Assembly: GCF_009914755.1 (NCBI RefSeq)
Contig: NC_060925.1
Length of the DNA: 64,000 bases
Strand: one strand, 5' to 3'
DNA from: the human T2T-CHM13v2.0 reference genome, Homo sapiens
Shown here: positions 55,708 to 64,000 of the stretch, one piece after another
Layout of the letters: every line of letters begins with the position of its first letter
Position numbering within the stretch: position 1 is the first letter of the stretch
The notes under the pieces: generated by a model
What the model was told of the DNA's origin: nothing
What the model saw: only the letters and a program-made list of their open reading frames with translations
Databases searched by the model: none
Made by a program: the position numbers and the translations under genes

Positions 55708-56728
55708 TCGGTCATTGTGACCAGGAGTATATTTCAGTTTGAGATTTGAGATCGTTGTGGAATATCAACATAAAAACATCCTGACAGAAAATTAGAGTGT
55801 GGGAGTGGATTCTTCGTGAGATTTTGGAGGTGGTGATTTGAATTTAAAAGGTGCCAATTCAGGTAAGTCATTTAAAAGCCAAGCTTTCATAAGAAAGCAA
55901 GTGTGAAAAGAGAACACCTAAAGGTATAGAGCCTTACAGAAGCCTGGCATTAGGACATAGAAAAATGAAGAATTTTTAAAAATAGTAATAAAAAAGTAAC
56001 ATGCAACTCCAAAAAAATGATAATAATAATAGTAAAATAAAGGAGATGTCAGAGACGTTATGAGATGTATCACGCAGCCCAGAGTTTTGTTGGCATGGGC
56101 TAGAGAGAGATTTGAACTCTGGCCTGTTTGAATCTGAAGTCCATGCTTTTCCCACCACTACTTCTAAAACAAAAACACATCCCCTCAACCCAAACCCTCC
56201 CTCTTCTTGGGCTCCAAAGGCTTCCAGAAGTGCAGTTACCTTCTAGGTCTTCAGAAAAGGAGTTTGATTCAAGGCTACAGAGAGGAGATGGAGAGGGCCG
56301 ATAGCTAAGACCCAGAGAGAAGCCAACTCTGCAGTGGAGTGAAGCAGATACCCTGGCCTAGAGCCACACCACTGAAAGGTGGTGCAACCTGGGTCTCTCT
56401 GAGACTGAAGGCCAAGTTCTATCCATGGTCCTATACTGCTGGGAAGAGAATGTTCTGAAGAAGAGATACCTGCTTGTTACTGAAAAGTCAGAGAGGCTTC
56501 AGATGCTGATGAATGGCTTGAATGTGCCCAAAGGTTAACAGTGGCTTTCAAAAGTACAGATATGGACGGGTAAGGTTGCAGGGGAGAACAGCTGTTATAA
56601 ATGGCTCCATCAAGCATCTTGACCACAGGGACCATGAGCTTGGTCTATTGGGGGCTAAATGGGCCCTGGAATGAGGCAAGGCATTTGATTACAGAGGCAC
56701 AAAGACAGCTGTTTAAAAGTGGAGCACA

Positions 56729-56839
56729 GTCTACGGCCATACCACCTTGAATGCACCTGATCTTGTCAGCTACGCAGGGTCTGGCCTGGTTAGTACTAGG
56801 GTGGGAGACCACATGGGAATACCGGATGCTGCAGGCTTT
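56729..56839 (+). pseudogene. RNA5SP79: Processed 5S rRNA pseudogene (symbol recalled from its position downstream of CAPN9, not verified)
   Basis: GTCTACGGCCATACCAC...GGTTAGTACT...GGGAATACCGG...GGCTTT matches human 5S; 10-nt deletion, CpG decay, A7 tail. Confidence 0.93.
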
Positions 56840-59036
56840 AAAAAAATGCATAATGAGCTCCTTGAGACTGAGTTTAAGATGAGAGGAAACATTCAATTAA
56901 ATCCACTACCACTGAGGGTCTCCTATGAGCCAGGCACGGTGATAAATTAAATGCTGGAGACACAGCCATGAGTTTGATGCAGTTCCTGCTACTAGGAGCT
57001 GCAGCATGGTGGAGGTGGAATGAGGCAGCTGCAGGAACAGACCTCTGTCATAGAGGAGTGAGTGCTCCTGGTGCCATCTGTGGCAGATTGATTGCATGTG
57101 GCCCTACCCTTCTCCTGGCCTGTGCCATAGTCCCTGTCCTATCACTTTGGAGTGCCTCCCCTCTGACTCTGGGACCAGCCTTGGGATTTGCTTTGTGTCG
57201 GCCAATGGGACACAACTGGAGGATTGAAAAAGCTCGTTCTCGTTCTCAACCACTTCCATGAGAACACAGCAGTCTAACTTGACCAGAGTACAAGAGGGAC
57301 ACACAGTTCATTCACCCTGATAGCCCTGTGCCAGCTGATTGCAGACACATGACCGAGTCTGAGTCCAGAACAGTTCTGCTGAGACCCCCAATCCTTGGCC
57401 CATGGACCTAGGAGCTAAATAGATGCCTATTGTTCTAAGCCATGGAATTCTGATGTTGTTTTGAGGCAGGGTTGTGTGGCAATAGATAACTGATACACTA
57501 TTTGAAGAGAAGGGAGCATTGTTTCAGTTTACTTTGGGGTGTTGGGGATGACAAAAAAAAGAGTAAAAAAACAAAAGAGAAGGGATTCAAGGCTACACAG
57601 GGAAGAACCTGGGGCAGCAGAGCCCCCATACATTTGCATAAATAAGGAAAAGAGTACATAGCATGTAAGGCAGGGCAGGAGGTAAAGTAGGGGAGCTCAG
57701 GCATGAGGCTGGCAGGCAGGTGGCTTTTTGGGGTTAATGGGGAGAAGCCATCCTCATGGATGGGAGAGAGAAGCTGAAGAGGCTGCATGGAGGACCAGAT
57801 TTGAACAGATAGCACTGTGTCCAAAGGTGGCCCCAATAAAGCAGCTGTTGTTCTTGGAGCCAGGCCTTTCTCCTGCTTCCTGTGTGACCCTCCCAAGAGC
57901 CCAAGAGTCGGAAGCATCATCACACCCACGTTGCAGATGAAGAAAGTGTACCATGAGAAGCAAGGCAGCTTGCCCAAGTCACCCAGTGCAGGCATGACAG
58001 AGAGCACCAGAGCAGGAGAGGAGGGCCCAGGCCGGTCTGGAGCATCCATTTCTAGAGGAAAGGTGAGAGGAAAGTCCTAGAGAGGGGATGCTGAGGGTGG
58101 TATGGGGGCTTAGGAAGGACACGAGTGACCACCTGCCATGGAAAGTGAGGCTAGGCTTTCCTAAGAAACAGATCAGGGCCACACCTCTCTCCAGCTCTGC
58201 TCAGCAGCCAGGAGGCAGGAGCAGGCGGACAGTAGGAGAGTCAGGGTGTGAAATATTCACACTAAGCTTTAGCAGGAGACCCCGGCAGCCAAGGGATTTC
58301 AGATGGGAGGAAAGACATAGATGGGGAAGAAAAGAAACCAGGAAATCCAGGAGAGGATGGAGGGCCTGGCAATTGAAAGAAGGTGGACCAAGGGTCTCAG
58401 AAGAGCCAAGTGGGTGTGGGGGAGGGGATGAAGTCTTGAACAAGGAGGATGTGGGCAGAGGGGACTTCTGCACCACGGGACGCTTATAAGGCCCCTGCCC
58501 ACTACCTATACTGTCCAAGTCACAGGAGGCTTGTCATGGCAAACTGTACAGCTGTCTACAAATACCAGGGATAATGACTCCCCAGCATCCCACTCCTGGG
58601 ACCAGGTGACGGCAGGCATCAAGACACTGGCAATTTGTCTTTTCAAGATCGTTGCAAGATCTTTTGCAATGATGGAAATGGGAAAATCCATCCAAGACAT
58701 AATTACGTCCATGTGGTGGAAAAGCACTCATTCCATTTATTTTCCTCTGAAACTTGACTCCTCCTTCCGTGACTCGGCCAGGGCCAAGCCAGCCGGATGG
58801 AAAAGCCAGTGTCAGTGATGTGGAGGTCGTTCATGGCACAGGGCTTAGGGGCCTGGATGTTCTGGGAAAACCCTGCTCGTTCATCTCGTCCAGGGAAAAT
58901 ATTGCCTCTGTCCACAGGAAGAGCTGGGTTCCGGCAGCTGGGGAGGCCACTTGCAGCTGACAGGGTATTAACTCTGACGCCTTTGGGTGGGAAAATAAAA
59001 CTTCCCACCTCTCCTGCCAAATGAATATTTAAATTG

Positions 59037-59348
59037 GGGCCAGGCGTGGTGGCCGGGCACTGTGGCTCACCCCTGTAATCCCAATACTTTGGGACACCGA
59101 GGCAGGTGAATCACTTGAGGTCAGGAGTTCAGTTAGAGACCAGCCTGGCCAACATGGTGAAACCCCATCTCTACTAAAAATACAAAATTAGCCAGGCGTA
59201 GTGGTGCGGGCCTGCAATCCCAGCTACTCAGGAGGCTGAGGCAGGAGAATCACTTGAACCCAGGACCCAGAAGTTGCAGTGAGCCGAGATCGCCCTACCG
59301 CACTACAGCCTGGGCAAAAAGAGTAAGTCTCCATCTCTAAATAAATAA
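59037..59348 (+). mobile_element. Alu (AluS-like) with duplicated 5' start
   Basis: GGCCAGGCGTGGT GGCCGGGCACTGTGGCTC followed by a dimeric Alu. Confidence 0.9.
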
Positions 59349-62300
59349 GCAGGCCTTTTTTAAAAGAGGGGAGAAGAGGCCCGGAAGAAGCAAAGTATAT
59401 ACCAAAAAATGAGCTGTCCAAGAGCGTGAACCCTTCGGAGCAGCAGAAGCCGTGGCAGTGGTGCAGTCCAGCCCGGTGGACCGAGGACGGATTTGGCCTG
59501 GATTTCCAGAAATAGCCTATAGTGAGGTCTGCCCACAGGGACCTTTATCTCAGGAAAAGCCGGGGGACCACATGCTTCAGCTCCCCTGCCTCTGGAGATT
59601 TAAGCATTTCTTTTTCTATCTCCATATCCTGGTGGCTGACTTGGTAGCCTGGTCAGGGTTTTCCCCCGAAAAGGTTGGAGGTGCCTGGGGCAAGAGGGCA
59701 AGAAGTCAAAGGGTTCCATCACCAGAGATTTGTTGCCTACCTCGCCCAGTTCATTTGACTGAATTCCCCAGGACCCAAACTGCCCATTTATGAATTTCTG
59801 ACCTGACCTAAAGACAATAAGGTATCGGAGAGAAAGCTGACAAAACTGTCTCTGTGTATCCAGAAGACAGATAGTGTCATGGGCTGTGAAAGGTCACAGG
59901 TGGTGTCTTTTTCCTCCAGCAAATGGGCCCTGAGGCTCAGGCAGCCACCACCCCTGATGTGGTGCCAAAGTCGGACCAGATGCCCCAGTAACGGGATGCT
60001 GGAGATGTTGAGCCAGCTAGCATCCATCCTCGGAGACACCCAGAGCCTCTGGACAGCGAGCCAAAGGAAACGATTCTAACAGAGCATCTGCCTCCAATTA
60101 CTCAGGAAGAGCACAGCACTTTGGAGAACACATTTTCTTCCACAAGCCAGGGAGGAAACACATGTGGGATCCAACAGGAACCCCATCCTGGCTTCCCCTC
60201 TCAGTCACACTGCCAGGTGCAGGGCGGGATGAGGACACATGGCTTTGCCTCTGCAGCATAGAGACCCACAGAGGGGACTGCCAGGAGCACCATTTAGAAC
60301 TCCAGAAGGCTTGCGACGCTCAGAATCTCAGCAGTCCCTCTGTGGAGTGGTTCTTATTTTTCTGAATCAGGGACCCCTTTGAGAATCTGGTGAAAAAAAG
60401 TTATGAGACTGTTCCTCCAGAACATGCACAGACACAGAAGCACATGTGTGTCATTTCAGAGCGTGGGCAGACTCCCTGACTGCCTGTGGACTGCAGGTTA
60501 GTTCCTGTCTCCTCTGTCTCCCTGGAGCAGGTGACACATGGCTAATAGTGTTCAGAGCAGGACTGGACTTCAGAACTCCAAACCCAGAGCCTTTTTATCT
60601 CTCTCCCACGGCCTCCATCTGCCTGACAGATTTCAGAGCCTTTGGAGAGCCTTGGAGAATGGAAACTTCCCTGTGTTGATTCTAACCTGGACTTCATCCA
60701 ACCCTGAATCAATAACCCCAGTGAGGCCCCCTGCCCCCCCCTCACACTTTTAAGACTTGCATTCATGGCTTGAAGTCCCATGCCCCTGGGAGGGTGGCTC
60801 AGGGTCAGCCAGGTATTGGATGCCAACAGACTTGTCTAGGAACTGCTGCCTCCACGAAGGCACTGAGCTTGGAGACAGAGCAGCAGGTCTCATCCTCAAG
60901 GTCTCATCTCCACCAGGCCACAGGGTCCCAAAAAAGTCACATAGTAAACAGAAGGGGTATTTTTCAGGCCCAAATTATAGCCTGAACTAAACTAATGAAA
61001 CCGGCTTATTAGGTCAACTGTATTCACTGGGGGAATAATGTTCTTTTTTCTCCAACTATACTACCTATGAAATTCCTCTTCCCTTCTTTGGACAATATCT
61101 CCACCATTCCCTAAGGCCTTCTTCTTAAGGGCAATGACTCACCTTCTGGCACTAAATGTCCAGCTCAGGCCCAGCTAGCTTCTGGGTGTCCAGTTTGCAC
61201 TCCAGGCGGTGGACGGGCCAGGGGCTCCCACCATGGTCTCTCTTGCTGCCCTGCCATGGAGACAGCCCCAGATAGCCCCCCACATCATAAGGGGTTTTCA
61301 AGGATGTGCAGAGGGAGGACATACATTGCCAGAGCCACCTGGAAGCGGTGAAGCCAGCAGAAGTGATGCCTACCAGGTGCCAGACGCTGCTCCAGAGACC
61401 AGACATTCTGCAAGCCTGCCAGAGCCTTGACTCTCAAGGAGCTCGTAGTCTAATGGACATGCGAGTGAAGGATGCTTTCATCTGGCAGCAAGAAGGTGAA
61501 TGTGCTTTGTAAAATGACTCAATTATTAAGATCATAGAGAGCAGAGACGGTTATATATGTCGATTTTTATTACAGTTTAATCTAGAAAATCTAAAAATAG
61601 CTACATGAGTCACCAGTCAGGAGATGTGTTTCAGGGTAGATGGCAGTTTGCTGAGCAAAGAACCAGGAGGCTATGGGGAGAAAGGACATGTTGTAACCCT
61701 AGTGCCTGGAGGGCACTAAACCTCTATCCCTGCTTCTGATTCGCATTTGCTACATGAGACAGACACTGATACAACAAAACTGTAAGCAACTCTCCAAGCT
61801 ATAGGATGCAGCTGTCACCGAGTTTCAGGGGAAGGAAAGGGCACCAGAGTTTGCTTTCGGGCTGCTTTGATAATGAGTTCCCTGATAATGACAAACAACA
61901 CAGGTTAGGTTTCTGCTCTGTGCCAGTCTCTGTTGACTGTGCTTGGCAGTGTTATTCCTTTTGTCCTCATACCAACCGTATGACATAAAACTATTGTTTT
62001 ACTCATATTACAGATGAGGAACTTGGGAAAGAGAAAAGTTAAGTAACATGTCTTATGTGACTTACTAATAAGAAGGCACTTAGAAACGGAAACTCTTTCC
62101 TAGGGGTAATTGAAGCAATTTGTAATTGTGCCCCTGACGGGACATAACCAATGGGTAGGGGAGGATTTTCGTGAGTGGTCCAGTTCTAGAAAGCAGGTCT
62201 TTCATGTAATAGCACATTTTCCTAAATGGCATTACAAAAGTGGCTGTGGCTAGAATCCCAAGGGATTTGGGATTCTGGCAATGAGGAGAAGTGGAGAGAA

Positions 62301-64000
62301 ACTGTCCAAAGTGCAGGCTATTTATTGATCACAGAAACCCTGCGTCAGTGCTGACTGAGTCTGGGATGCAGGCTGATGCAAGGAGAGTGAGTGATTCTGG
62401 GAGAAATCAGCTGTTCTGCCTGCCTCCCATGGGGCCCTAAAACTGCACCGTCTGCCTCAGTGCACTACCAGTGCAAGAGCCCCTGTTGGAGGAGGGAGGG
62501 CAAAGGCCCTGGGGAGAGCAGAGCTGGATATGCAAGGGCTGGAAGACAGAAACCAGTGTACGCAGGGCTGGTCTGCCAGAAGCAACATTGGGCACCTGCT
62601 TCTCCAGCTGCCCAAGGCCAGGAGGGCTTCTCAACCACTGTCCTCATCCACTACCCCTGCTCTGGTGCTGCCAGGCACAGAATGCACCTGGAGGAAGAGC
62701 TGAGTAGAACGAGAGCTGGAGGGTGGGAGCTGCGTGTTGGAGGGAAGTTGAGTATGACTTAGGTCCAGGCACTCGACACCCCCTCTATGGAGTCAGCCCT
62801 CGGGGAGTCAGAAAAACAGAGGTAGCCAATCCCACTGCAGGGAGCTGGCAGAGTCAGGTGGCATGCAGGAGGAAGCAGGAGAAAGAGCACAGCAAGAGGG
62901 GCCTGGAAATGGGAGCAAAGTCATCAAAGGCACGGCACCCTCTTCAGTGGACGGGCATGGCCTCAGAGGTGGTGGCAAGGAAGGAGGACAGGAGTCTGGC
63001 TAGCTGTGTAGAAGCCTTTTGGGGCACCGGGACAGGGAGCCACCTTCTGCCCCCTCACCTCCAGCTTCCCCCGATTCATTGTGCAACTGCTGATAAAATA
63101 ATGGCTGTCATTGATGGCATGCTTATTGCGTGCCAGGCATTATGTTAACAGCTGTTTTATTCAATCCTCTCAGCAACCCTGTGAGGTTGAGAGAGATAAT
63201 AGAATCCATCACATCACATGGCTGGGAAGGAATCTCAGTCTGTGCAACTCAAAGTCCATTCTTAATCCCCAACCCTCCTGCACACCCTCACCTGAAGCTC
63301 CCCAAGCCAAGACTAGAGGTGCTATCCAGGAGGGTCCCACAAGCAACTGAAGATCTGAGACCCCTGTGTTCTTAATCTTGTGCTCCAGAAGGAATGAGAG
63401 CTGAGTGTGGAGGAGGCATACACCGTGCCAAGGCCCCTGGAGCTCAGATCTAAGATTCAAGATGTGTAGGGCCCAGGCACTCTTTGGTCACTGAGGCTGG
63501 GTCACCCCTCCTGCCACTCCCTGCGTCTTCCCCATCCACGGCCCCACTCCTACCCCAACTGTGAGCAGTCAGTGATGCTCTTTTAGAAACCACACTACAC
63601 AGAATGTGGCTGTTTTCTGGATGGCTTCAACCTGCTATCCAACAACAATCAAACCCACATCACGCTCTGGCAAGGCCACGTGGTCCTCCAGGCCCTGAAA
63701 CTGGCACAGTCAGCGGCCAGCACTGCCATTAGACATGGGAGAAGCTGAGTACAGCATAAGGCCTGAACCTACCACAGGGAAGTCATCTCACCCAGGAAAA
63801 GGACTTCTGACCCCCAAAGCAGAGAATGTGCCCAACCTATCTGTGGTTAGGAGACAACTCATTCATTGAATAAGAACTCATTCATTGAACTCATTCATGT
63901 GAAAGTCACGGCCACTCATCTGTGCACCATGTCTCTGAAGAGGCCCCTGGATCTGGGCAGCAGCCAGCCTGTCCACCCCCTCCCCACGGGCTGCTCTCGG

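Noticed and set aside
57498-63460. Intergenic ORFs of 100-183 aa and a possible downstream gene or lncRNA
   Set aside because: No recognisable domains, overlapping frames on both strands, many non-ATG starts and no coherent exon chain; a lncRNA cannot be excluded from sequence alone

Overview
Eukaryotic (human/primate) genomic DNA, not prokaryotic. It holds the 3' part of the calpain-9 gene (CAPN9, nCL-4) on the + strand as 16 coding exons from 4048 to 38059 (probably exons 5-20; numbering inferred). All have GT-AG junctions and consistent phases, and they splice into 1537 nt: 1 nt of a split codon, 511 aa and TGA. They encode the protease core with catalytic His and Asn, the C2-like/CBSW domain and the penta-EF-hand domain. 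The catalytic Cys exon lies upstream of the window. After the 3' UTR come about 25 kb of repeat-rich intergenic DNA with a processed 5S rRNA pseudogene. I found no convincing new protein-coding gene or novel multi-gene system; almost all listed ORFs are spurious or repeat-derived. The best leads are: (1) a 113-bp inverted duplication (112/113 identical) in the last intron with a scrambled templated junction; (2) a U12-type minor intron in the PEF region; (3) exon 7 starting with a near-consensus donor, a possible recursive/re-splicing site; (4) a full-length sense-strand MST element whose 3' LTR keeps a GTAAGT donor 371 nt before exon 12, which has an in-frame strong-Kozak ATG and could yield a 195-aa PEF-only isoform; (5) a weak-donor, in-frame cassette exon 8 flanked by inverted Alus. 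Repeat subfamily names come from recalled consensus similarity, and repeat boundaries are approximate unless TSDs are given.
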